Origin: Paraphysomonas bandaiensis
Taxonomy: Eukaryota; Protista; Chrysophyceae
DNA: 64,000 nucleotides
Reading direction: 5' to 3'
NCBI GenBank assembly: GCA_965644295.1
Contig: CBFFRP010000169.1
Location: forward strand, 186,001 to 250,000
Shown here: positions 37,970 to 49,972 of the stretch, one piece after another
Layout: each line of letters opens with the position of its first letter
How positions within the stretch are numbered: position 1 is the stretch's first letter
Program-made: the position numbers and the translations under genes
Notes under the pieces: model-generated
The model's database searches: none
Told to the model about the DNA's origin: nothing
The model's input: the letters and a program-made list of their open reading frames with translations, nothing else

Positions 37970-39733
37970 ATGAGCAATCGATCAGATTCTGAAAATGAAA
38001 TCAATCGAAAAAAATACAAAAAAGAAAAGAAAGAAAGTCATTCAAAACATTCATATCAATCTTCTTTAAGGAGTGATAAGCGTCACAGGAGTAGTAGTCA
38101 TAGTAGTCGCCGTAGTCGTAGTAGTCGGAGTTATCATGAGAGAAGAGACGCATATAATTCAGAAGAAGATAGACGATATAGCAGCCAATCATATCGTCGC
38201 GATAGACATGGAAGTAGAAGAGATAGAAGTAATAGTCGTGAAAGAAGTCGAAGTCGAAGAGAACGAAGTCAAAAAGAACGAAGTCGAAGTGATCGAGATA
38301 GAAGTCGAAGTGATAATAGAGGCAATAGATCTGATAGTAGAGACAGGCGTATAGATGAATCACGTGCATCTAGATCCCCATCTCTCTCCACACCTACTAT
38401 TACTCACCATCAGCAACAACAGCAGCACTTAGCTATGACTTTAGCTGCATGTGGTGGGATAGGAGGACCCTCTACTCCAACTACACCCGCTGCTCTTGCC
38501 TCTATATACACGAGTACATTGGGCATAAATTCCTTATCACTCCCATATAGCATCATCACTGCACTTGAACCCAAAGAACTCAGAGAGTTATTCATTGGCA
38601 ATCTACCCCCTCAAACAACTGAACTAGTGCTCCAAGAGTTCCTTAATGCAGCTATGAGATACGTGGGATACGCTACTGGTCCAGAGGGTATGGATCCAGT
38701 TATCGCCACTAGAATGAATAATAAATATGCATTTATCGAGTGTCGAACTGCTGATGATGCTACCAAATTAATGTCATTGAATAATATCCCATTTATGGGA
38801 TGTTTTCTTAAGATTGGACGACCCTCGAAATATAACGGTCCTCCAACCTATGCGCTTACATGGCAGCAATTGATTGCATCAACAACCTCACAGAATGATT
38901 CATCTCATGCATCACAATCATTGTGTCAAACTGCTACATTGACCTCAGTTGATCCCACTACTAAAGTATATCGAGAGCTATTTGTGGGAAATACGTCTCC
39001 AGAAATGACTGAAAATGGAATTCAGGAGTTTCTTGGCGGTGCATTGGAACGTATGGGGTTAACGACTGGTCCTGGTAATCCGATTATACAGTGTCGCACT
39101 AGTCCACGCTTTGCCTTTATTGAGCTAAGAACTGTTGAAGAAACTGCGAATTGTATGAACTTAACAGGAATTCCATATATGGGGCAACCATTGAAGTTAT
39201 CCCGCCCTTCGAAATATGCGGGACCATCCATCGCTTTTTACGAGTGGGATGACCTACTCTCCCGGTGGATGACCGGCGAGCTCAAGATTCAAACTGCAGG
39301 GCCGCCATCACCAGTTATCCGACTCACCAATATGTGCTCAGAGGGTGAATTGCGTGATAGTACGGCTCAAGAGGAGGTCATATCTGACACGCGGGAAGAG
39401 TGCACCCAATATGGTACTGTTGAGTTGATAACACTGCACGCTGGCCACGTGTTTGTACGAATGTCGTCAGAAGATGCAGCTAAAGCAGCACTAGTGGCAC
39501 TGAAAGGAAGGACGTTTGATGGGCGCGTGGTAGACGTGAAATTTTTTCCTTTGGAAAAGTTTATCGTAGGGGATCTGTCAGATCCACCTTCCGTCGTGGT
39601 CACTTCAAACGGTGTCACTACAGTTGCTGCTGTTGTTGGAACAGTACCACGGCCTACAGCCGCCCAGTTATCAGTTGGTGGAGCATCAGCTCTTGGACAG
39701 TCAAGTCTGCAAAGTAGTTTTACTTTTACTTGA
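37970..39733 (+). CDS. U2AF2: U2AF large subunit (U2AF65)-like splicing factor
   Basis: RS domain, two RRMs (RELFIGN / RELFVGN, YAFIE / FAFIE) and a C-terminal UHM (VIRLTNM...DTREECTQYG...GRTFDGRVV); intronless. Confidence 0.85.
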   Translation: MSNRSDSENEINRKKYKKEKKESHSKHSYQSSLRSDKRHRSSSHSSRRSRSSRSYHERRDAYNSEEDRRYSSQSYRRDRHGSRRDRSNSRERSRSRRERSQKERSRSDRDRSRSDNRGNRSDSRDRRIDESRASRSPSLSTPTITHHQQQQQHLAMTLAACGGIGGPSTPTTPAALASIYTSTLGINSLSLPYSIITALEPKELRELFIGNLPPQTTELVLQEFLNAAMRYVGYATGPEGMDPVIATRMNNKYAFIECRTADDATKLMSLNNIPFMGCFLKIGRPSKYNGPPTYALTWQQLIASTTSQNDSSHASQSLCQTATLTSVDPTTKVYRELFVGNTSPEMTENGIQEFLGGALERMGLTTGPGNPIIQCRTSPRFAFIELRTVEETANCMNLTGIPYMGQPLKLSRPSKYAGPSIAFYEWDDLLSRWMTGELKIQTAGPPSPVIRLTNMCSEGELRDSTAQEEVISDTREECTQYGTVELITLHAGHVFVRMSSEDAAKAALVALKGRTFDGRVVDVKFFPLEKFIVGDLSDPPSVVVTSNGVTTVAAVVGTVPRPTAAQLSVGGASALGQSSLQSSFTFT

Positions 39734-40464
39734 AATAGTTATCTGTAGTTGAATGATTATTTAGAGCAATTGTAATAAATGTGTGACTCAACCTGTAGTA
39801 GTTATTTGTGAGTAATAATTATTCCCTTGATCGCGTAAAAATTACTATAAACAACATAAACTCAAAGTAGCTTCAAGCTAGTATAATACAGAAATGTCGT
39901 TGAAACATTTCTACTGAATGTAGACCCTGGTGATGTCGGCTGTGCATACATTATAGTTTGATAGTTTATACTTGCCAAAGGGAAAAAAGGGTAAATAATA
40001 AACGACATATATTAAAATACGATTTCGATAATGCCATGTTAATATGCTAATCACCAGCTAGGACTGAATAATATTATCATTGCAGCAAAATAAACCAAAC
40101 CAAGGTAAGTACATGTATCAGGTATCAGTATATGTACTACTGCACTATATAAAAATATTCGTTGGTTGTTAGAACTTTGAAATTCTGTTCATAAAGATGG
40201 CGTTAAGATTGTACTACGTACTATCTCATCCATTAGCAGAGCAATCTATCACCAAACACCAAACATGGAATAGCACTGTACTAAATGTAAGTGAGTACAA
40301 TAGAATTCTTTTAGGTCGAATATTTTGAAGTAGGTTAAAATCTATATCAGCGCAATGATGTTTGCCCCATTCTGAGAGCGTACCCTAGTGAAGTGCTAGT
40401 GTTGACTATAAGCTAAGTAACGTATAGATTATTAATAAAAATCTCAGCGTATTATTCGTGTGTT

Positions 40465-40975
40465 GGCATCAAGAAAGCTCTAGCTAGATCTACACTATAC
40501 CTGCATAGCCTATATGAGATTACGAGAAACCCCGCGCATTCTAGGGGAGGGAGGGGGGCGGCCAATGTCATGCATGGTCACGAGAATCCCCGCGTAATCT
40601 TTGTTAGGTAATGATGGGAAGGTACACATGGTCCTAATAGAATCTGCGCGAATTACATATATAAAAGTCATGCATAATTATGAGAAATCCCGCGTAATCT
40701 CAGCAAAGGTTAACACAGGTGGGGGGAACAACAGAATCTGCGCGTGATCTATATGGTCAGCAAAGTTGGCACACGGGTGGGTGGGTAGTAGAATTTGTGC
40801 TATATCTTGGTGTTATAGGTATTATAGGTGGGGCACCAGCCAGCCTACATTATGGCCACGCCCTCGGAATGGGGCACTTTGTGTATCGGCACCAAGAAAA
40901 CTCTAGCTAGATCTACACTATACTTGCATAGCCTATATGAGATTACGAGAAACCCCGCGCATTCTAAGGGGGAGG
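40465..40975. repeat. ~510-bp element bounded by ~85-bp direct repeats (TRIM-like or internally repetitive element)
   Basis: CTCTAGCTAGATCTACACTATAC...GAGATTACGAGAAACCCCGCGCATTCTA at ~40478 and ~40901; internal CCCGCGTAATCT and AGAATCTGCGCG subrepeats; a related piece at ~24470-24565. Confidence 0.6.
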
Positions 40976-41727
40976 GGGAGTGGGACAAGGTCGATCAGAT
41001 GCAATATAAGATATTAATGTCCAGAAATAAAAGAATATGTAATATATTGAACTTTTACTGTACTTTCTGCTTCAGCTCTCTTGACTCTTGTAGAAAAGGC
41101 TTTTACGATGTTATGAAACTCTGTTATTTACTTATAGTTTCGTTAATATAGTAAATAACGGTTGTCACTATGTCTACCGCTATTGGAGGTGGGGACATAT
41201 TTTAGATTATAAGTGCAGATCAGTTGTCAGTACTATTATCACTATGTAGATTGACAAACAAACTTCCACAGATAGACTTTTTCTATTTCTGATATACTGA
41301 TACTGACAAGACTGAAACAATACAGCATATTTTTGAAATAATTTAGACACTCCTTCGTGTATCAAACTGCCTGTATTCTTCCAAGGCAATGTTGCTAGGA
41401 ATAAACATAAGCTACACGTCGTAGTAAACAAGAAATAAAAATTATATAAACAGTCAATCGATCGTAAAATATTATAATCACTATTATTGATAATGTGTTG
41501 TTATAGATATTCCCATATTCTTTCGTAAACTACAAATACTACAAAAGGACAGTTAACTCGAAAAACTTAAAATGAAGATAACTGAATAGACTCGACTACT
41601 AGTAAATTATTAAACCAAATATGCTACATGCTATGGCATCGAATCATGTCAGTCAAACAAGATTAAGATACAGGAATCAAGTACATAGCACATACACCAA
41701 TCGTACTGTATCGTTCCGTATATACTC

Positions 41728-42348
41728 CTACATTCCTTCACCACGCTCATACGCATCAATCGCCTCCTGCAGAACAAGTTGTTAAGAATTCAAAATATAA
41801 ACTATATCAACACACTTTAAACTTGTCCTTAATGGTACCGGTTTCTGTCAAAAGATCATCCACAGCTGCTAAAAATACATTCTTGGGAGTACTTTTCTGA
41901 CTCATTGTCTGTACTCTTATGTGACAGTCGTTCACGAGAGGATGGGGCACTCTGTACCCTGCAAATCTAACTGAAGTATCTCGAAGTAGTTGACTACAGC
42001 AAACATCAGTATGAATCTAACGGTATGAATACATGAACCTACATGCGTATTAAGTTCCCCATAGTATGATCCTCCTTACCAAGAACAAACAGACCTGTCG
42101 ACGGGTCATACATACGAACACACAACCATACACACATACACACATCTACACACACTAACATGCCATCTATATACACATGTATATACATGTTAACGTATAC
42201 ACACACTCCTATACATCTATACACAGAGAGCCCAGCGGCCACAGGCATCACCTGCATTAGGCATCTTAGTGTCCGGAATAAACTGTAACTTCTGTCCCTC
42301 GTCCTCGTCGTCCCATCTCCATGATGTGAACCTCTCAGGAGCGTTCAT
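41728..42348 (-). CDS. RPB11: RNA polymerase II subunit RPB11, 4 exons
   Basis: MNAPERF...PDTKMPNA | GLFVLGKEDHTMGNLIRM | QLLRDTSVRFAGYRVPHPL... | EAIDAYERGEGM*. Confidence 0.95.
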
Positions 42349-42437
42349 ACTGATATGTATATACAGGTATAAATAGACGACGAGCTACACACTAATAACT
42401 ATATGACTATAACTATATACACATATATACATGACTG

Positions 42438-43037
42438 ATGTATGTATGTATGTATGTATGTATGTATGTATGTATGTATGTATGTATGTATGTATGTATG
42501 TATGTATGTATGTATGTATGTATGTATGTATGTATGTATGTATGTATGTATGTATGTAGGTATGTATGTATGTATGTATGTATGTATGTATGTATGTATG
42601 TATGTATGTATGTAGGTATGTATGTATGTATGTATGTATGTATGTATGTATGTATGTATGTATGTATGTATGTATGTATGTATGTATGTATGTATGTATG
42701 TATGTATGTATGTATGTAGGTAGGTAGGTATGTATGTATGTATGTATGTATGTAGGTATGTATGTATGTATGTATGTATGTATGTATGTATGTATGTATG
42801 TATGTATGTATGTATGTATGTATGTATGTATGTATGTATGTATGTATGTATGTATGTATGTATGTATGTATGTATGTATGTATGTATGTATGTATGTATG
42901 TATGTATGCATGTTATGTATGTATGTATGTATGTATGTATGTATGTATGTATGTATGTATGTATGTATGTATGTATGTATGTATGTATGTATGTATGTAT
43001 GTATGTATGTATGTATGTATGTATGTATGTATGTATG

Positions 43038-43068
<31 letters not shown>

Positions 43069-43208
43069 GTATGTATGTATGTATGTATGTATGTATGTAT
43101 GTATGTATGTATGTATGTATGTATGTATGTATGTATGTATGTATGTATGTATGTATGTATGTATGTATGTATGTATGTATGTATGTATGTGTATGTATGT
43201 ATGTATGT
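42438..43208. repeat. (TATG)n microsatellite, ~770 bp
   Basis: Directly visible; fills most of the RPB11 / phosphatase-RINGv divergent intergenic region. Confidence 0.98.
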
Positions 43209-43284
43209 ACGGAGGTGGGTAGGTATGTTATTGTTGATAGGTATATCTGTGCTGAAAGCAGGTCACGATCTAGTCCCACTCTAG

Positions 43285-44848
43285 ATGATTACCACGCCAC
43301 CCTCATCTCCTACGGTCTATCTTGTTCGTCATGGCGAAAGCGAGTCGAATGTTCATTTTAAGATAGCTGTGGAGTGTTTGTTGGGTCTCTGCTCCCCTCG
43401 CCTCTACTCGGCCTCAAGTTTCATCGCATTCATATCTGCAATATGGCACCTCACTGTAAGATATAATCCGGACTCTTGTCTTTCTGAACTGGGTCACAGG
43501 CAGGCGGCGTCTGTGAAGGAGTTCTTTGAGGAGTATCGCGATCTGCTGGGTGCAGATGTAGTGTACGCACATAGTGCACTACGGCGTGCTCAACAGACTG
43601 CCCGTACTGCCTGTGGAGATGAAGTCAAATATATAGTACTAGAATGTTTAAATGAGGCAAACCAGACGGAGCATATATTTCCTCATCTTCTCAGAGACCG
43701 TATAAAACGGCTTGAGACTTGGGTGGCAGGTTTGGATCGCAGTTCTGTGGTGGTTGCAGTGGGCCATGCGCAATACTTCAAGCATATGTTGGGGCGGGAT
43801 GACCACATGCAAAATTGCGATGTTTGGCGACTTAAACCAACTTTCAGCATGTCCGGTGATACCACCGTGGATTGGGGGACACCTGAGGTGATATTTCGCT
43901 CCCCGTTGGCGTATTCGCACCCCCTCAATCGACTCAAAGCATTGCTGTTTTCCACCCGACATGTCCCAGACAATACACCGCCCTCTGATATGGATGGCGC
44001 TGAGGATGAGCCAATGTGTAGAATATGCCAGGTATGAATTGTTAAGCATACAGCATTATTTTTCTGTATGTATCCAACTCTTGACTGATATGTGGTCCTA
44101 GATGACCCAATCAGAATCCCCAGAGTCTCGTCTGATTCGTCCCTGTCGTTGTACGGGATCGCTTTCATATGTTCACTTGAAATGTCTTAACGAGTGGCGT
44201 GCCACCTCATCTACGGCTTCATACCAGTGTTTCGTGTGCAAGTACTCTTACCGAATAGAACGCACAGCCTTAGCAGAATTTCTTATGAGCGAAACGGCAG
44301 CTAGAGCCATATCTGTAATCATTGTATTGGCGATGCTATGTCTGGCGGGAAGCGCATGTTTATTTATTGCAGTACCGGTATGGGGCCTTGATATTTGCCG
44401 TGAATTCTGCACGCTAGTTCACTGGCGGCTCTGGTGGCGTTCGTGCACATTCCAACGCCTGCCGTATAACTATACTCCTGTCCGATTACTTCGTGAGTAT
44501 ATGTACGTTGATATTGAACAGATACGAGAGCGTCTGCTATGTAACTATGGTACATTTTTGGTAATAGAAATAAGTATGTCGGGGTGTATAGTCATTGGTA
44601 CTGTGAGTATTATCCTATATATGATCAATGCAATGATAAAGTTTGTCCGCTCGAATGAGGCACGCGATGCTAGGGAACTTGCTTTGCTGACAGCTTGGGC
44701 TGCTAGCCTGACGCAGACACACATAGGCAGGCTGGGTATATGGGTAGGAATGGCAGTTGCATCCAGAGAGGTTTACTCAAATGTGATTGTCTATGGTCGA
44801 AAAATTGCCCAAGCTATAGGAGAAAATATTTTAGAGCCTAATCAGTAG
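43285..44848 (+). CDS. Histidine phosphatase (PGAM-like) fused to a MARCH-type RINGv domain and TM helices
   Basis: VYLVRHGES, SALRRAQQTA and VAVGH. Intron 44032-44101 joins CRICQ to MTQS...PCRCTGSLSYVHLKCLNEW...CFVCK (C4HC3), followed by hydrophobic helices. Confidence 0.85.
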
Positions 44849-45055
44849 TTATGTGTTACTATTATAAAGTGTGTACTACTTACTATCAATAGTTGTGTAT
44901 TTTGCATTGATTATTTGTAAATAAGCATGGCATGTATTCTACAAAAGTAGCACAGCACGTTAGTTAGAGAGCTATACATTTCGGTACTACCTATATCTTG
45001 TAGAATATTTTCCATCGCACCGTTGAATAAAAACGGTGTTTACAATAATACATGT

Positions 45056-45140
45056 CAGGGCCTGGTAATCATTAATAGTAATGACATTATAATTGCAGGG
45101 AACCCATAAAGGGGCCATTAACGGTCGTTACCAGGCCCTG
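45056..45140. mobile_element. 85-bp hAT-type MITE
   Basis: TIRs CAGGGCCTGGTAA / TTACCAGGCCCTG; 8-bp TSD ATACATGT / ATACACGT (one mismatch). Confidence 0.8.
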
Positions 45141-45240
45141 ATACACGTCCGCATTTGAAGGTTAATACAGTAGCCACACAGCGTTGTCGAGTCAAAAACA
45201 ACAATATAGAATATAGTATAATTAACTTAATGAATCTCCA

Positions 45241-46518
45241 CTACGAGGCAATTATTCTGTATATATATACTCTCGCCATTTGCCATGACATCTTATAAAA
45301 ACTGTCACTAACTAGCATCACATTGCTGCATCCCTTCGGCAGAGGCTTTAGTGATATAAAATACGAACTTGGCTTCATTCGACTAACTCTATCTCCAAGT
45401 TGCGTCATCATATCGTCTGTAAACAGCAGTGACGCACAATATACAATGTCCGCCTCTTCCCACCAATTGATCTCAAATATATCACCCGTATCAATACATA
45501 TCTCAGGCATAGGACTACTAAGTGTGTACCTCCCCCCTGGGCTCATCAGGAGGCCCAATATACGATCCCTTGACATAACTACATCAGATTCCCCTGAGCC
45601 CACAACTTCGGTAACCTCATCAGATTCACATGAGCCCACAATCTCGGCAGCAACATCAGGTTCACTCAAACTCACACCTTTGGCAGCCATATCAGGGTCA
45701 TCACAATTCATATCTTCGGTATTCGATTTGTGTATTCCTTCTACAGTGGATTGCTCATCACAAGCTTGTCTCTCACAGCTGTGTTCAACCATGGAGGGCG
45801 CACACAATCTGTCATTTTCTGAAGGGTCAGTGTTTGTATGAAATATCTCTACAACATCTCCGCGGACAAGTACCGAATCCGGATGAGCCATAAGAAACTT
45901 CTTAAATGTCTTATGGCCTGAATTTTTCAAGAGCTTCCTGTACTCTTTATGTCCTACAGTCTTACACAACGATGCCACCAACGACTCAATGTTCAGTGAC
46001 CGCGCTGGAAGATTCTCTAGTTCAGTCTGTACCATACTAATCAGATTGCAGCCCGAGGTATCCGACGCAGAAGATTTGGTGCCTGTCACCTTTGATTCTG
46101 GTGCATCAGTTACTGGTCGCTGATGTTGATTCTGGCGAGCAGCACCCAAGAGTGACTGCAGGTTGGTGCTAACTGACGACGCTGCAGCTGAGAGTTCCGG
46201 TAGTAGTTCAATTCCCCATACCTTCGAAAAAGTACTATCTGACCACAACGCAGCACACAGCACAGCAACACCGGAGCCGCATCCCAAATCAACGAACACC
46301 GCATTCTTCTTCTGAGCAGCAGAGGCGCACAAAATCTGAACAAAACTCTTCGGTACCACTTCGCCATATGTTAGCGACTTATCGTTTGCATCACGCTGAA
46401 GAGTAGACCGGTCCTTTAGGGACAGGGCCTTAGCGTGGACACCCCTGTAGAGCTCACGCAACAGCTTTACGATGAAATCATTGCGGTGCAGGGTGTTGGA
46501 ACTCTTCTTTCTATGCAT
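45241..46518 (-). CDS. DOT1-like class I SAM methyltransferase with a large insertion
   Basis: LTYGEV, FVDLGCGSG, VWGIEL, GDIF...ADIVYCASLLF; ~200-aa insertion between motif II and the later motifs; start uncertain. Confidence 0.75.
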   Translation of the reverse strand: MHRKKSSNTLHRNDFIVKLLRELYRGVHAKALSLKDRSTLQRDANDKSLTYGEVVPKSFVQILCASAAQKKNAVFVDLGCGSGVAVLCAALWSDSTFSKVWGIELLPELSAAASSVSTNLQSLLGAARQNQHQRPVTDAPESKVTGTKSSASDTSGCNLISMVQTELENLPARSLNIESLVASLCKTVGHKEYRKLLKNSGHKTFKKFLMAHPDSVLVRGDVVEIFHTNTDPSENDRLCAPSMVEHSCERQACDEQSTVEGIHKSNTEDMNCDDPDMAAKGVSLSEPDVAAEIVGSCESDEVTEVVGSGESDVVMSRDRILGLLMSPGGRYTLSSPMPEICIDTGDIFEINWWEEADIVYCASLLFTDDMMTQLGDRVSRMKPSSYFISLKPLPKGCSNVMLVSDSFYKMSWQMARVYIYRIIAS

Positions 46519-47031
46519 CGTTAGCGTCACACACGTAAATTTATTCCTTCGAAGGGTCAGTAGCCCCCCATGTGGCGTGTAAGGCTCGTATATAGATATG
46601 TGTGACTGTAGTAGTTCAGGTCAGGAGGAGTGGAGCCGACTTGTATGCATGGACATCACGCCACTGCGTATGCATGTATTATCAGTGTATTCCAGGTGGT
46701 GATACAGCAGTATGGTGAAGACTGCGGTACTACAACTCGTACAACCACTTCGTAATACATTAAATAGTACCATACGGTATGACAGGGTATACAGTTGTAT
46801 ACACATGGCGTATACTTGTGTGTACAGCGTAGGAGTACAGCAGTATATAGGTAGGTAGGTAGGTACAGCAGTGTGCAGGTATGTATTTGTATAGGTAGGT
46901 ATATGGGTGTCTCTGGAGATACGTGTGTATGTATGTATCATTGTCTCAGGCATCTTCATATTCCACCCTCACTATACATATACATATACATACCCCACCA
47001 TCCAGTGGATAGGTTCCCAAAACACCCCACA

Positions 47032-48919
47032 ATGTCAGTATTCGGTTCAGATGCCCCTAGTATGTCCACTGAGGATGCAATGCGTGATTCTCTGTTAACT
47101 AACGCTCTATTGCCACCTGAACAACGCTCGAGTTTTATGTCTCTCTTTACGAGATTTTTACAACAAAAACATCAATCTTCAAAGCAGATGCAGATATTAG
47201 ATAGTCTAGGGGATGTTAATGATGTAAGATGATATGCACTGTGTTTCTATTGATGATATATCTTACTTGTGGTTATACAGGAGAGACTCTTAAAGCGTGA
47301 TAGTATACCTGCGTGTCCCTCTGATTCTGTTCTTCGACACGAGTTGTTGGACAAAGTTGTTGTCGTTCGATTGAATGGAGGGTTGGGTTCAACAATGGGA
47401 TGTCACAGTATACCCAAATGTGCTATTGAAGTTCGTAACGGACAGTCCTTTCTGGATCTGTCTATACGTCAAATAGAATATCTTAATTCTCTACATGGTG
47501 TTGATTTGCCTATCATATACTTGAATTCATTTAAAACTCACACAATCACAACGAAATTGATTCGCCGTTACAGGTATTGTTCTACTTATGTAGATGATCT
47601 GTTAATAAATCTCGCGTATTAGAAAACACAATCTTACAATCCACACCGTCCTCCAGAACTGCTTCCCGCGAATTAGCAAGACCACTTTAATGCCGATGCC
47701 CTCAGGTCCTTTCTCAGAAGACGCTCCTGAGGAATGGTAAGATGTCCAAGCTCTAAATCCAATATATACATGACTATGCTAATGTTAGGTATCCACCTGG
47801 CCATGGTGACCTGTATTACTCTCTCTGGTCGTCCGGAGTTCTGGACTCACTTCTACATGATGGAAAGGTGCTTGTATTCAACATGTATTTATAGCATTGC
47901 TACTCTCGTTGTGACTGAGAATAATTCAGGAATATATATTTGTGTCAAATATCGACAATCTGTGCGCTACTGTGGACCTGGACATACTATACCATCTCTT
48001 CTGCAATGAGGTAGATATGTGCATGGAAGTCACGAGCCCCAATCGAACTGATATAGACGGTGGATACCTCACTGTCAATGCAGATGGCAAGGTTAGTGTC
48101 GTTGTTCTGCCTGTAGTATCATGTAATGGATGTTCCAGCTGAGACTGGTAGAAATCAATGAGGTTCCGATAGAGAAACGAGACGAGTTTAAGCGCAGACA
48201 TAAACATTTCAATACTAACAACCTCTGGATTAATTTGCGAGCTCTTAAGCGCACCATGGATGCTGGGGAGGCTCCGGAACGAGTGATTGTTACGGTGTGT
48301 GATAAATGTTTTGTTGCACTACGTTTGTATTCCTTCAGATGACGAATGGATGTGCAGGAGAGGGAGGGAGGAGATATGGGGGTTACAGTACTGCAACTGG
48401 AGACCACTGCAGGATCGCTCATCAGCAAACTACCAAAGCCCCTTATAATTGGTATGCGTGCATTTATCTCTCAATGTTTCGAATAGTATGCTTCCCATTC
48501 TGTGGTTAATATTTTGAATGAAATTGCCTTGTTTATACGCAGATGTGGAAAGGAAGAGGCGGTATGTACCAGTTAAGACCACTGCTGACCTACTCCTCAT
48601 TCAGAGTGATCTATTTACAATCAAACATGGTGCCCTCTGGTTGAATTCTGATCGTATGGACCAGCCTCTTCCATTGGTAAAACTTGGTCAAGAATTTGCA
48701 TCAATTGATGATTATCAACGTCACATGAGGAACAACCGACCAAATATGCTTGAGTTGGAGCACCTCACTATTACGGGAGATGTCTATATTGGCGCGAATG
48801 TTACTCTCAAGGGCACGGTTATCATTATTGCTGTAGATGGAAGTGTAATCATGATACCAGACGGTTCGACGCTTGTGGATAAGGTGGTTACAGGAAACTT
48901 AAAAATCCTGGATCATTAG
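47032..48919 (+). CDS. UGP: UTP--glucose-1-phosphate uridylyltransferase (UGPase), multi-exon
   Basis: LNGGLGSTMGC, WYPPGHGDLY, SNIDNL, FNTNNLW, QLETTAG, RYVPVKTT and a C-terminal beta-helix ending ILDH*. Confidence 0.93.
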
Positions 48920-49838
48920 GATTTTTGCGCGACGAAATGTATGGTAGTACTCTATAATATGCGCAGTGTATAACATGACGAGTTTATTGGCTCAAAATTG
49001 AAGCTCTAGTCTATGTACTCGGTAGTTCATTAGATTGTTTATTTCTTTGTTCTATAGATTGTTGCGAGTACTATAGCCATACTTGCTTTGAAGCTGCCCT
49101 GTAGCCCGTGGGCTGTAGTCACGAGTAACGATTCTTGTTTCGTAAGTATTAATACAAAGAGATAGAATACAACATTTAGTTTCCGTATGACATACATCGG
49201 AAGAAGCGAATGTGGGTGTTATGACTAAACCCGAGGAAAAGTAAGTTCTTACTGCATATTTCATTGTATATTATGGTTAAGTAAGGCATAAGATAACAAA
49301 ACCCTTATTTATCTTTAATTTAAAAGCTGCACCTACGAGTGTTTTGTATAATCATGTTCTCATCATATATAGTTGCATGTACCTTTCTTGCGCAGTCCCA
49401 CTCTCCTCTATCAGATATCAGATGTTGCCTCTTTTGCACCATCACACTCCTTCTCGACTCCGTGTTGCTGGACACACCGGATGACCCTCATATCCCACCC
49501 CTGTCCAGCTATACACTCTCTTGCATGTGCTCTCTACCGCTGGCTAAGACAGCAAAAGATCGACGACGCTTCTTCACAGTAGGCCATAACCTTTTGCAAG
49601 ACTTCATCCACATACCTCCGAGCCACTTGGCACAATGCCTAAAGGAAGGCCACCAGATCGCCAATCTCAGCAGGGTATAGTACTGTGTTCCCCTGGTTGC
49701 CGTGAGGTACATAAGGCAGTCCCCAAAGCAAATTGCACACAATGTATGTGTAGTCTTAAGCGTTCCAGTGTTGTAGTAGTGGACTTAGATCACTGCTTTC
49801 ACTTGTCATATGCTGTACGTTGCACAACGTGTCCCCTA

Positions 49839-49943
49839 TATATTGAAGGTCTTTTTATTTAGCAATAGGCGTTAAAAACTCGTTCCAATACAGTGGCTAG
49901 TTGAATGCTAGATCTACTAGTTAGACCTCTACCCATAACTAAT
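49839..49943 (-). mobile_element. ~105-bp 5'-truncated LINE tail with an 11-bp TSD
   Basis: Family 3' UTR flanked by CGTGTCCCCTA at 49828-49838 and 49944-49954. Confidence 0.85.
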
Positions 49944-49972
49944 CGTGTCCCCTACATACACATCTCTCATAT

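Noticed and set aside
42399-43361. Long HTYI / MYVC ORFs (also 29112-29777)
   Set aside because: These are translations of (TACA)n/(TATG)n microsatellites, not genes.
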